This document shows positions 13,301 to 21,530 of a stretch of DNA of 64,000 nucleotides, piece after piece. A program made the translations under genes and the position numbers. A model generated the notes under the pieces. It saw only the letters and a list, made by a program, of their open reading frames with translations, did no database searches and had not been told where the DNA came from. This stretch comes from Kiritimatiellia bacterium (lineage in GTDB: Bacteria; Verrucomicrobiota; Kiritimatiellia; RFP12; JBMNHG01), in contig JBMNHG010000003.1 of assembly GCA_050950285.1 (NCBI GenBank), positions 554,337 through 618,336 of the forward strand, in the 5' to 3' direction. Position 1 is the stretch's first letter. Each line of letters begins with the position of its first letter.

Positions 13301-15022
13301 TACACCATCACGCAGACCAACGGGATAGTTCTCTCCCGTACCGTCATCCGCGACCGGTACCGCCGCCACCTTGTCACGATCATCACCAACAGCGTTAACG
13401 GTGTGCCATTGCAGCGGCTTGGCTACACCTACGACATTCTCGACCGAGTTATCAGGCGCAATGCCGACACCTTTGATTACAACGCCAGAAGCGAAGTCAC
13501 GGCGGCGGACATTGGAGCCACCGCCAGCCGCTACGCCTATGATCATATCGGTAATAACATCTGGACGTCATGCAACGGCGCCACTAATAATTACACGGCA
13601 AACAGTCTCAACCAGTACACCAACATCGCCAACATTGCCGGCAACACCCAGCCCGTGTACGACCTCGACGGCAACCTGCTTTCAAACGGCGACTGGTCCT
13701 ACACCTGGGATGCGGAGAACCGCCTCGTCGCCGCCTATTCCAACGGCCTGTGCGTTGTCTCCAACGCCTACGATCATCTTAGCCGCCGCGTGCTGAAATT
13801 CACGCCAACCGCCACGCACACTTGCATCTATGACGGCTGGGATTTGGTGCAAGAGACGATTCAAAATCAGCAGTCCGCAACCACAAATCATTACGTCTGG
13901 GGGCACGACTTCTCCGGTACGCTGCAGGGCGCGGGCGGCGTCGGCGGACTGTTGGCCGTCTCGCTCAATGGTGCATGGTACTTCCCATTCTATGATAATA
14001 ACGGCAACATCATAGCCTATGCTGACGAACAGAGTGCCATCGTGGCGGAATATACCCACGACGCCTTCGGCCGCACCATCGCCAAGTCCGGCACAATGGC
14101 CGATTCATTCCGTCATCGTTTCTCGACCAAGTATTACGACTCCGAGACCGGGCTCTACTACTACGGCTACCGCTTCTACGCGCCGGAACTGATGCGGTGG
14201 CTGAACCGGGATCCGATTGAGGAAAGGGGTGGTGTCAATGTTTACGCCTACTGCCGGAATTCTCCCGTCATCCTCCTTGACTGGCTTGGTCTTCTCGACA
14301 TAGATGTCATGTTCTATGGCACTGCGCTAACCGATATCCTTCCGTTCTTGGGCGGTCGTACGGTTGGCAATTACTACATGGATTTCATCGCAAACAGCCT
14401 TGGCATCGCCAATCGGTACCGGCAGAACCAAGGACAGGGGGCCTCCGGGGCGCGCACCTTTATACTGCGAACTATTGATGTGAATGGAGACATGGTTATT
14501 ACAAAGGATGAAGTACGGGATCTCAACCTGAAACTGATTGGGTACAGTTGGGGTGCCATCACAGCTATCAACATAGCCCACGATTTGAGCAAGTCGAACG
14601 AACGAGTCGAAAGCTACTACTTATGTACAAAGGTTCCTGTCAAACGACTCATCACGATAGATCCAATCACGTTTTTGAACCCTGCGAGATCAATCAAGAA
14701 CAACGTTCAAGTCTTTCGGAACTACTATCAGCAGAAGGGGGGCGAATATCGAGTGTGGCTGAGGCGCACAGATGGCATCGTCGAATTCGAGGACGGGGGC
14801 ACTGTCCTGAGTCAAGGCCTCTGCGGGGCACGCATTGGCGGCATTGACGTTGACGTTAATGCCGTGCAAGTCCGCATTGACACAGACCGCCGAGGCGTTC
14901 AGGTGAGCGACGGCATTCCTGGTGGAATGTTGTACAGTGAGATGTGGAGTTACGGTGACTTTATCAACCACGACATGGTTCCCTGGTACGTGAAGGCGGA
15001 TGTCATCAATGACTATTTCTAA
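7397..15022 (+). CDS. RHS/YD-repeat polymorphic toxin, 2541 aa: N-terminal TM segments, DxDxDG (TSP3-like) Ca-binding repeats, RHS core, C-terminal alpha/beta-hydrolase-like tip
   Basis: YD repeats; RHS-associated core FSTKYYDSETGLYYYGYRFYAPELMRWLNRDPIEERGG; PVILLDWLGL cleavage-type motif; low-GC tip with IGYSWG. Confidence 0.93.
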   Translation: MGLLQSIRHWMFAGACLLAGVPLLFCLGAWAGTSPGLRRLFRALGDRFRSLSPSVRAVLSALLVVATLHGVPKVPPGGNALFHGPPPAGMVSGGLPARPARGPSSGPRLTAGQYRAGVALARVATNPSPALASVPSNAVVHAPWTRYGVAEDTFWLPATNWSFTLGTNRVGGLHVSSSGTLSFGWPKGSPRARRMPDGSGLDFLAPLQTSLGIVPPAGRFWHAPTASNSLLLAWQDVFAGRDAGLPVTFQAELFPSGDFVYRYDLSRLSATNAPPATNWVVGAQHGGGGETFAFGGTGVLVHGLELHWRAFGMLDPDVADHDGDGLSTYDEVMVHGTDPRLPDTDLDGVLDGAEVAAGTSPLLRDTDGDGLVDGSDPDPLSPTPSDDLDGDGIPDACETAKFGGTNAVDSLDFDPGGTGFPLSTKIAAGMDPFAEASAPTNLAWNLASLKLFDAFRCDLPADGTNRVYERTFTIDRKGGWQQYFLSASSNAPAGWSLDGMALEWADSEGGSGTATASPPDDSLWLPVSTNALQLTLALRATSTNSTCPQPLYLLAWAPGVLVDGAGAAAEINGARCQAVEWTGGGTSVGVRYDFSNRPCRAAPSEMEQAALLDPFPGEARLAFTPNDAFTGGSLAAKAPGIYDVPGCTIAPAPPPARRGARGAGGRDDPGEGPVERLLFFDPRIAYGDGRHGGCGTTLFFDAATGDYEPASDYPLDSRCLREGWRQDATGGHPCDCRAEIGYGDPALAAYFDETVEDDGLRATGTIFFDGRPVWSGEAIHRVGERCHDPFYDECGDCASGCADGDCDGLEGDGLGSLAFRIPLGIPRDGQVSGFLWFRATEPLLVAPATFNLLARDDAAVAESAAGGTRTIACSDARGRTVVVEPIAHGVRITVRKTAGDELEHVWEIANVGGSPRQVAFKKISRRDNVMRDVVYSYRGDGEWACFDNIAQTSEQVLRTDTLDDGPHGVLREERIVRDAAGAILSRDVAESRRFGCGRDATLRQTYHATLGLEPDGAPGLVEDHASYWTDDAHPRRNGRPRLVWGESRPWSYQAWDAEGREILRLDPLDGSAAPLDFVDQSDPTDLTDLSDHPGLAAIATVSDYAPLAGDSNPLAAFDSVRTESRHLVRDGAATCIGRTWHVHTVGTDTVGRAFATVKTVRACSPDAAFGDPGNAVSTITRFDADAPGIPLLLRGRPLESTDEDGVTTACDYALGDYDPATRTFAPGGAKTALRTIARRWYRSNPSDTSDLTIQDAAHGTTLYSATLLHATGATLDWQAHLYDDKNRLRSTLYSDGSISTNAYSCCRLLWTQDRDGFKTLRSAETGKDHLYYAMEEVSLAQLPGYGYGHRTTMHFMDALGRETNTVVTAVGEPGDAVTPDCGTLGFTASETTTYPDGIGDHAVHVDRRGVRTVTTRTSHADREESVTLTFSPANPDVCVVASTNIAYRNGRSIAIRSWDGGWTRETSWSDYAADGTRRSFSVTEASDSPNAVTNQISHSDFLGRTVATLRPGAAGAWLVTSNAYDGATSRLVRSETTGQPATTYLYDERGEMAATVQSGVKTASETRYENIAGAWWRVDVRSTSREGVTNAVATTRRQLTGLSNALRSRTVNTGPNGSTTTESGSYNPQTCEVTTVRATDSATPLVTVSKFGRSIRRETLRETVYNYFDPLGRVAYSETRDPETGVYSHFRWSGLDESDNETRYGIYYYDDDLHVTGSRTFDAFGRETSRTDALGNTVTNTYDALGRPVAATGAAYPVAYGYDAAGRMAALATARGNAAGFAALAVQLAGGASLASLASPASLDLTAWNYDHATGLATNKVYADGSAVSYAYTPDGKPLRTAWARGAWKENAYNPDGLLTGVSYSDATPAAALGYDAFQRPAFASNAVARYAYQNSHLGTATNETAMVGGDTATLTRTLDHRHRLAELRSGNAAPVHYGYDSESRLSTVSNDAFSASYAYTDDAWDAGYTITQTNGIVLSRTVIRDRYRRHLVTIITNSVNGVPLQRLGYTYDILDRVIRRNADTFDYNARSEVTAADIGATASRYAYDHIGNNIWTSCNGATNNYTANSLNQYTNIANIAGNTQPVYDLDGNLLSNGDWSYTWDAENRLVAAYSNGLCVVSNAYDHLSRRVLKFTPTATHTCIYDGWDLVQETIQNQQSATTNHYVWGHDFSGTLQGAGGVGGLLAVSLNGAWYFPFYDNNGNIIAYADEQSAIVAEYTHDAFGRTIAKSGTMADSFRHRFSTKYYDSETGLYYYGYRFYAPELMRWLNRDPIEERGGVNVYAYCRNSPVILLDWLGLLDIDVMFYGTALTDILPFLGGRTVGNYYMDFIANSLGIANRYRQNQGQGASGARTFILRTIDVNGDMVITKDEVRDLNLKLIGYSWGAITAINIAHDLSKSNERVESYYLCTKVPVKRLITIDPITFLNPARSIKNNVQVFRNYYQQKGGEYRVWLRRTDGIVEFEDGGTVLSQGLCGARIGGIDVDVNAVQVRIDTDRRGVQVSDGIPGGMLYSEMWSYGDFINHDMVPWYVKADVINDYF

Positions 15023-15494
15023 GGCGGTCGCCTTTTTGATTGCGCCAATTTGCCTTTGGTGCCTTATGGGGTGTGTTGCTGCGCCCCGTGCCAAGGGTTC
15101 ATGGAGCGGATCAGCAAGATATGTCTCTCTCTATGACAAAGCAGGAAATACCTCAGAATGTCTTGAATTCGTTATCGCCGAGGAACAGCCAGTTGCGGAT
15201 GGCGAGTTGGTATTTGCATTGCATTACGCTGCCGATTTTCCTCTTCTAACTAAACGCAACGGTGAATGTCTCCCGATCAACACCATGCCAACGAACGTTC
15301 ACATACGTGTATTCGGGACTTTCGGCGTCCATCAGCAAATACTGATGCCACGCACTAAGGAGCACGCGTACCGCTTGCCCGGGCAGGCCTGCCTGTCATC
15401 GATCCAAGTCGACAAATGGGAACTGCTGGGAGATGAAGAGAAGTGCGGCTCGAATGGCAACCGCCAATATTTCATTCCACCAGAAACCGAATGA
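15009..15494 (+). CDS. Putative cognate immunity lipoprotein
   Basis: Overlaps the toxin stop; low GC; lipobox-like LMGC. Confidence 0.7.
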   Translation: MTISKAVAFLIAPICLWCLMGCVAAPRAKGSWSGSARYVSLYDKAGNTSECLEFVIAEEQPVADGELVFALHYAADFPLLTKRNGECLPINTMPTNVHIRVFGTFGVHQQILMPRTKEHAYRLPGQACLSSIQVDKWELLGDEEKCGSNGNRQYFIPPETE

Positions 15495-15519
15495 TGCTCA
15501 AAAACAAGAGTAGGGTGTC

Positions 15520-17493
15520 ATGCAAAAACGGATTAAAGACACTCCAGTTGGCAACAGCCACCTCGGCACCGCCACCAACGAGACGGCGACGGTCGGCGGC
15601 GACACCGCGACCCTGGCCCGCACCCTGGACCACCGCCACCGCCTGGCGGAACTGCGCAGCGGCAATGCCGCCCCCGTCCATTACGGCTATGACTCGGAAA
15701 GCCGGCACTCCGCCGTCTCCAACACCGCCTTCCGCGCCACCTATGCCTACACCTCCGACGGCTGGGATGCGGGGTATTCGGTGGCCTTGACGAATGGCGT
15801 CGTACTTGCCCGCAACCTGACCCGCGACCCCTACCGCCGCAGTCTGGTAAAAGCCATCACCAACAGCGTCAGCGGCGTGCCGTACAACCCGCTGGTCTAC
15901 ACCTACGACCTGCTTAACCGTGTCACTTCACGCAACACGGACACCTTCGATTACAACGCCAGAAGCGAAGTCACGGCGGCGGACATTGGAGCCCACACCA
16001 ACCGCTACGCCTTCGACAACATAGGCAACGCGCTGTGGGCCTCGCTTAACTCCGTCACGAACATCTACACCGCCAACGAACTGAACCAGTATTTCCTGAT
16101 TTCCAATCATGTCAATCATGTCAATCCTGTCCAAATTTCTCCCGTATACGATTTAGACGGCAATATGACGTGGGACGGGCGTTTCAACTACACGTATGAT
16201 GCGGAAAACCGCCTTGCCGCCGCCTATTCCAACGGCCTGTGCGTAGTCTTCAACGCCTACGATCATCTTAGCCGCCGCGTGTTGAAAATCTCACGCGGAG
16301 GCACGGAGACACGGGGATTTGTCTACGACGGCTGGCTGCCGGTTCTCGAAATCGTCGCCACCGCCGCGGGAGTGACCACCAACCACTACGTCTGGGGACG
16401 CGATTTGTCTGGAAGCATGCAAGGCGCGGGCGGCGTCGGCGGCTTGCTGGCGGTACAGATGGGTAGCGCATGGTACTTCCCGTTCTACGACAACAACGGG
16501 AACATCACGGCCTATGTGAACGAACAGGGCGCAATCGTGGCGGAATATACCTACGATGCCTTCGGCCGCACCATAGAGGCAACGGGTCTGCTTGCCGACG
16601 CCTTCCGCCACCGTTTCAGCACCAAGTACTACGATGCCGAAACCGGTTTCTACTACTATGGATATCGTTTCTACTCGCCAACGCTCCATCGCTGGCTCAA
16701 TCGTGATCCCATAGGAGAACAAGGCGGGTTAAATCTCTATGGCTTCGTTTACAATGCGCCAACACGTCATATTGACCGACTAGGGTTGTTAGTCCGCAGT
16801 GATATTGAGAAGGGACGTGTATTATACTCATGTAATTGTGGCTGGATTGATATTGTTCATTCCAAGGGAGCTGTGCCAAACGCCGCCGCTATATTAAGCG
16901 GTGTCGTGGGAAATCTAGGCGGAACGCCATCCGAGATAACCTTTGCCCTGACTCAAACTCTTGGAGGGCTTCAGTTTGGTTACGCAATCAACATTCCCGA
17001 AACGCCCAAGAAATTTTCTGAAAAAGATGCCATCGAAATAGCCCTTGGCATTTGGATGCATGCCAATGTTACTTTTGAACAATGGCAAGGTGGTACGGGA
17101 GCCGAGCTGTTTAAAAAGTCTTCGTTCTCCGTCGAAGACATGCCGAGTGACTATCTCGCCATGATGATGGCTGTCCGTGATCGTTATGGTCCAGGCAAAG
17201 GCATTTCTTGGTCCGAGATCAAGTCGCAATGCCATTTCCTTGATATTGAGGATTCTCTCTGGGTTTACAATTGTGGAATTGGTCCAAAAAAGAATCACTT
17301 TCAAACTCCAGAACTTTGGGAGAGCAGGCCAACGCTTGAATGGTGCTGGCCTTGTCAACGAGTAATGTCATTAACAGGTGGGCAGGTGTTTCCCAAAATA
17401 CCGGACATTTTCAGCGCTTATAATCCTGCTGCCCAAGTCGACATGTTTAAACAAACGATGAAAAAAGACATCAACCCCATTCCCGGGCTTTGA
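15520..17493 (+). CDS. Orphan RHS-core + toxin-tip cassette 1 (tip DUF4056-like)
   Basis: Nucleotide homology to the main rhs starts at 15553 (equivalent to 13079); core ends IDRLGL; distinct low-GC tip. Confidence 0.85.
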   Translation: MQKRIKDTPVGNSHLGTATNETATVGGDTATLARTLDHRHRLAELRSGNAAPVHYGYDSESRHSAVSNTAFRATYAYTSDGWDAGYSVALTNGVVLARNLTRDPYRRSLVKAITNSVSGVPYNPLVYTYDLLNRVTSRNTDTFDYNARSEVTAADIGAHTNRYAFDNIGNALWASLNSVTNIYTANELNQYFLISNHVNHVNPVQISPVYDLDGNMTWDGRFNYTYDAENRLAAAYSNGLCVVFNAYDHLSRRVLKISRGGTETRGFVYDGWLPVLEIVATAAGVTTNHYVWGRDLSGSMQGAGGVGGLLAVQMGSAWYFPFYDNNGNITAYVNEQGAIVAEYTYDAFGRTIEATGLLADAFRHRFSTKYYDAETGFYYYGYRFYSPTLHRWLNRDPIGEQGGLNLYGFVYNAPTRHIDRLGLLVRSDIEKGRVLYSCNCGWIDIVHSKGAVPNAAAILSGVVGNLGGTPSEITFALTQTLGGLQFGYAINIPETPKKFSEKDAIEIALGIWMHANVTFEQWQGGTGAELFKKSSFSVEDMPSDYLAMMMAVRDRYGPGKGISWSEIKSQCHFLDIEDSLWVYNCGIGPKKNHFQTPELWESRPTLEWCWPCQRVMSLTGGQVFPKIPDIFSAYNPAAQVDMFKQTMKKDINPIPGL

Positions 17494-17924
17494 GGTACAT
17501 CATGATCGTTCCATCTAAAAAAAATACAGTATTGCTGATCTTCATGTTGGCTGCTCTTGGCATCATTTTCTTGTTTCATGTTCGTTCGACGAATGAGGCG
17601 AGTGCAGAGGTTCTTTCACGATATGAAGAATTCCAAAGACTTCTGGAGGCAGGACAAATTGAATCCGCCTACGGATATATGACCGAAGACTATCGTAAAA
17701 AAGAGTCGCTGGAGAATTTCAGCATCGTTTTTGGTTCATTGGCTTCCGAAGAATATAAAAACAAAAAGAAAATGGGGATCAAGATTCGCGGCAACCACGC
17801 TGAAATTTGCCCCACTTCCGAAAAAAGATGGTTTGGCACGCAGTTTCTCGGCACATCTTTCATGCTGGTTAAACAGAACAACGAATGGCTTTTTACTGGC
17901 TACATGGCATCATACCTTGATTAA
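17490..17924 (+). CDS. Putative immunity protein for cassette 1 (N-terminal TM/signal)
   Basis: Overlaps the toxin stop; low GC; hydrophobic N-terminus; AYGYMTEDYRK helix typical of small NTF2-like proteins. Confidence 0.65.
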   Translation: MRYIMIVPSKKNTVLLIFMLAALGIIFLFHVRSTNEASAEVLSRYEEFQRLLEAGQIESAYGYMTEDYRKKESLENFSIVFGSLASEEYKNKKKMGIKIRGNHAEICPTSEKRWFGTQFLGTSFMLVKQNNEWLFTGYMASYLD

Positions 17925-17958
17925 TGAGGCATTACTTATTGTTGAGAGGAGAGATTTC

Positions 17959-18201
17959 ATGAAGTGGTTAGAGAAAATTCTTGCTGTTGTGTTATATGGT
18001 TTTGTCCTTGTGATTCATGGAGGTTGCGGAATGACAATGGAAAAAGGTCAAGAACCGCAGAGCACGGTTGCTTCCAATCCCGCTTTAATTGGCCTTGGCA
18101 ACATCAATTTGGCAGTCGGTGGCGCTCGCACCAAGAATCTGAACCAAAACACTTCTGCGGCCAACTCTGCTACGACGGCTTACAATGGATGGAAGAAATA
18201 G
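17959..18201 (+). CDS. Small lipoprotein-like ORF, possibly a chimeric remnant
   Basis: GAGGAG RBS; MKWLEKILAVVLYGFVLVIHGGC signal; 80 aa. Confidence 0.45.
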   Translation: MKWLEKILAVVLYGFVLVIHGGCGMTMEKGQEPQSTVASNPALIGLGNINLAVGGARTKNLNQNTSAANSATTAYNGWKK

Positions 18202-18203
18202 CA

Positions 18204-18779
18204 ATGCAAAGTAAAAACGAACAGACAATTATGTGCCTAACTGCCGCTGTTGGGGCTCTTTTTTTGGTGCCGGGATGCCTGGCGAAACAGAAGTCTTCCG
18301 TCGCGGTTGAACAGCATCGCCAAAGCATTTGTCTCAACAAAAAAACCACAAACTGGTTTCTCGACCCCTCATTGATTTACTCTGCGCTCGTTGTACGGAA
18401 CTCCGCTGATACGAACGGTTGCATTGCAGCTTTTACATACGACATGTCTATTGGAGCTCCATATGCTCATTGGATAGTCTATAAACCTCAAGAAATAGTT
18501 ATAATGGTTGAAATGACCTTAGGCGTCATGGAAGCCTTGCCAGAAGGAAGGATGGGTGAAATGACTTTGCTTTCTGTTCCAAACTCAATGAATCGTCGCA
18601 TCGTCTTTTCAGATACTTTGACCAACAAGGACATAGCTGCTGACTTTAATTATACAGAGAAAGATATTCCGAAGTGCTTGCAAAGCAATACGGAACCTCT
18701 TTCCGAAGACGACCCTTTTCAAAAGCATTCCGGTAAAAATTCTTCTGATACTGCTGCTGACATATGGCCAACGGATTAA
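18204..18779 (+). CDS. Orphan immunity-like lipoprotein
   Basis: MQSKNEQTIMCLTAAVGALFLVPGC lipoprotein-like signal; low GC. Confidence 0.6.
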   Translation: MQSKNEQTIMCLTAAVGALFLVPGCLAKQKSSVAVEQHRQSICLNKKTTNWFLDPSLIYSALVVRNSADTNGCIAAFTYDMSIGAPYAHWIVYKPQEIVIMVEMTLGVMEALPEGRMGEMTLLSVPNSMNRRIVFSDTLTNKDIAADFNYTEKDIPKCLQSNTEPLSEDDPFQKHSGKNSSDTAADIWPTD

Positions 18780-19598
18780 AACATCTGCTCACTATCGGCT
18801 CCATCGTCTGCACGAATGCCGCCTTCCGCGCCACCTACGCCTATACCTCCGACGGCTGGGATGCGGGGTATTCGGTGAACTTGACGAATGGCGTCGTACT
18901 TGCCCGCAACCTGACCCGCGACCCCTACCGCCGCCACCTTGTCACGGTCATCACCAACAGCGTCAGCGGCGTGCCGCACAATCCGCTGGCCTACACCTAC
19001 GACCTCCTCGACCGCGTCACGTCACGAAACGCCGACACCTTCGATTACAACGCCAGAAGCGAAGTCACGGCGGCCATCATCCAGCCCGCCCACACCAGCC
19101 GGTACGCCTACGACAACATAGGCAACGCGCTGTGGGCCTCGCTTAACTCCGTCACGAACATCTACACCGCCAACGAACTGAACCAGTATTTCCTGATTTC
19201 CAATCATGTCAATCATGTCAATCCTGTCCAAATTTCTCCCGTATACGATTTAGACGGCAATATGACGTGGGACGGGCGTTTCAGCTATGCGTATGATGCG
19301 GAAAACCGCCTCGTCGCCGCCTATTCCAACGGCCTGTGCGTAGTCTTCAACGCCTACGACCACCTGAGCCGCCGCGTGTTGAAAATCTCACGCGGAGGCA
19401 CGGAGACACGGGGATTTGTTTATGACGGCTGGCTGCCGGTTCTCGAAATCGTCGCCACCGCCTCGGGAGTGACCACCAACCACTACGTCTGGGGCAAAGA
19501 CCTATCCGGCACGCTCCAGGGCGCGGGCGGTGTCGGCGGACTCCTGGCGGTACAGATGGGCGACGCATGGTATTTCCCGTTCTACGATAATAACGGCA
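18764..19598 (+). CDS. Orphan RHS cassette 2, exon 1 (upstream of the group II intron)
   Basis: Near-identical to the cassette 1 core; stops at YDNNG-A where the intron begins. Confidence 0.85.
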
Positions 19599-21530
19599 GT
19601 GCGCCAAGCGAAGCTCGGCGCTTCTTGCGGGGTGGAAGTCCCCGCCGAGTAAGGACCAGCCATCCACTCGTACCGAGTGTTGGCACTATGGAAGAGGAGT
19701 CGAATCCGAATGAAGTAGTGTAAGCGTACACAGGGAACTTCGCAGGCCGCAGGGAGGATGCACCCTCCCGAAGCGGTTCAGCCCCGTTAATTGATCATGC
19801 GCAGGGCGACATGTTTGCCGACATGGAAGCCAGCAACAAGGACGCGCAACCGGCTTGCGTCCGGTGACTGCGCCGGGGTCTACGGCGCGCGGCATGCGGA
19901 GAGAGAAGCGAACGGGAACTTGGGAGACCCGCCGCCGTCCGCGTCCGCGAGGGCGCGGTAGCGGCCGCCGAGCCGGAAGGGAAGGCGGCGCGACGCGGCG
20001 GCGGGAGTCAGACCGCCCCATAGTACTCCGAGACGGGCGAGCCGGTCACACGGGGAAGGGGGCGGCGGGGCTGCGAAGCCCGCAAAGGGAACAGGAAAGA
20101 TGGACACGACAGGCTGTCAAACACTGCAAACCTCACTGCGGGGAATAGCGGATCGGGCGCGACGCGACCCGAAGGCGCGATTCCGCGACGTGTACAGGCT
20201 GCTCAACGAGGCGAACCTGCGCGAATGCTTCCGGGCGTTGCGAAGGGACGCCGCGCCGGGGATTGACCGGGTGACGTTCGACGACTACGAACGCGACCTC
20301 GACGCCAACCTCGCGGCGTTGGTCGAGCGGCTCAAGCACAAGCGGTACCACGCCCGACTGGTGCGCAGGGTGAACATTCCAAAGGGGGGCGGGAAACTGC
20401 GTCCCCTCGGAATCCCTGTGCTGGAGGACAAACTTCTGCAAATGGCCGTGGCGAAGGTGCTAACGGCGATCTACGAAGAGGACTTCCTGCCGGCGAGCCG
20501 GGGCTACCGTCCCGGCGGCGACGCCCGCGAGGCCAGCCGCGAATGGGCGGCGAGGCTCGGCGGGGGGAGCTATGCGTGGGTGGTCGATGCGGACATCAAG
20601 GGCTTCTTCGAGCACGTCGATCACGACTGGATGCTCAGGATGCTGGAGCTTCGCATCGACGACAAGCCGTTTCTGCGGCTGGTGCGCAAATGGCTCAAGG
20701 CGGGGGTGCTCGAAACGGACGGACGGGTGCTGCATCCGACGGAGGGGACGCCCCAAGGCGGGGTGGTCTCGCCGGTGCTGGCGAACGTCTACCTGCACTA
20801 CGCGCTGGATCTCTGGTTCGACCGCGTGGTCAGGAGGACGACGCCGGGCCGATGCGCGATGCTGCGCTACGCCGACGACTTCGTGGTCGCCTTCGAGCGG
20901 CGCGAGGACGCGGAACGCTTCCTTGGGGAACTGCCCGGGCGACTGGGCAAGTTCGGCCTGGAGCTGTCGGGGGAGAAGACGCGGCTGGTGCGCTTCGAGC
21001 GGGGCAACCCGTCGGGCGACAACGGCGGCTTCGACTTCCTGGGGTTCCAGTACCACTGGGAGCGTACGCGAAACGGACGCTGGAAGGTGCAGCGCCGGAC
21101 GGCTCCGAGCCGTCTCCGGCGGTCGGTGGAACGCTTCGCCGAGTGGATCAAGGCCAACCGGGGCGAACGCCTGCCCGTTCTCATGGAACGGCTGGGGCGC
21201 AAGCTCGCGGGGTACTGGCAGTACTACGGCGTGACGGGCAACGGGCGCAGCCTGTGCAAGTTCTGGAGGCAGGTGGTGGCTGGGCTCTACAAGTGGCTCA
21301 ACCGCAGAAGCCAGAAGCGGGGCTTGACCTGGGTCCGTCTCAATGCGATCCTCAAGCGCCACGGGGTGCCGGGACCGCGGATCACCGAGAGCGGGCAGAT
21401 GCTGTTTTCCTTCATGGGGGCGCGTTGAAGACCGAGTGCAAAGCGAGCAGTCCCGAAGAGCCCGGTGCGGGAATTCCGCACGCCGGGATCCGTGCGGGGG
21501 GCGCCCGGCAACGGGCGTCCCTACCGCGAT
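19599..21530 (+). mobile_element. Group II intron (RT-encoding, IIB-like, no endonuclease domain), 1932 nt
   Basis: 5' GTGCG; domain V GAGCCCGGTGCGGGAATTCCGCACGCCGGGATC; domain VI ending CCCTACCGCGAT with bulged A at -8. Removal restores GGC A|AT ATC ACG GCC TAT (GNITAY). Confidence 0.95.
20100..21428 (+). CDS. ltrA: Group II intron reverse transcriptase/maturase
   Basis: APGIDRVT, IPKGGGKLRPLGIP, DADIKGFF, GTPQGG, RYADD, FDFLGF, domain X GYWQYYG; no C-terminal HNH. Confidence 0.95.
   Translation: MDTTGCQTLQTSLRGIADRARRDPKARFRDVYRLLNEANLRECFRALRRDAAPGIDRVTFDDYERDLDANLAALVERLKHKRYHARLVRRVNIPKGGGKLRPLGIPVLEDKLLQMAVAKVLTAIYEEDFLPASRGYRPGGDAREASREWAARLGGGSYAWVVDADIKGFFEHVDHDWMLRMLELRIDDKPFLRLVRKWLKAGVLETDGRVLHPTEGTPQGGVVSPVLANVYLHYALDLWFDRVVRRTTPGRCAMLRYADDFVVAFERREDAERFLGELPGRLGKFGLELSGEKTRLVRFERGNPSGDNGGFDFLGFQYHWERTRNGRWKVQRRTAPSRLRRSVERFAEWIKANRGERLPVLMERLGRKLAGYWQYYGVTGNGRSLCKFWRQVVAGLYKWLNRRSQKRGLTWVRLNAILKRHGVPGPRITESGQMLFSFMGAR

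Noticed and set aside
17964..18203. 5' extension of the 271-aa ORF
   Set aside because: Overlaps the better supported 17959-18201 ORF; the lipoprotein signal begins at ATG 18204.
20100..21428. Diversity-generating retroelement or retron driving toxin variation
   Set aside because: The RT has group II features (YADD, domain X) and lies inside a full intron with domains V/VI. I saw no TR/VR pair with adenine-specific differences and no msr/msd.
20543..21530. N-terminal half of the 663-aa ORF
   Set aside because: Alternative frame of the intron; the true RHS coding sequence starts at 21531.
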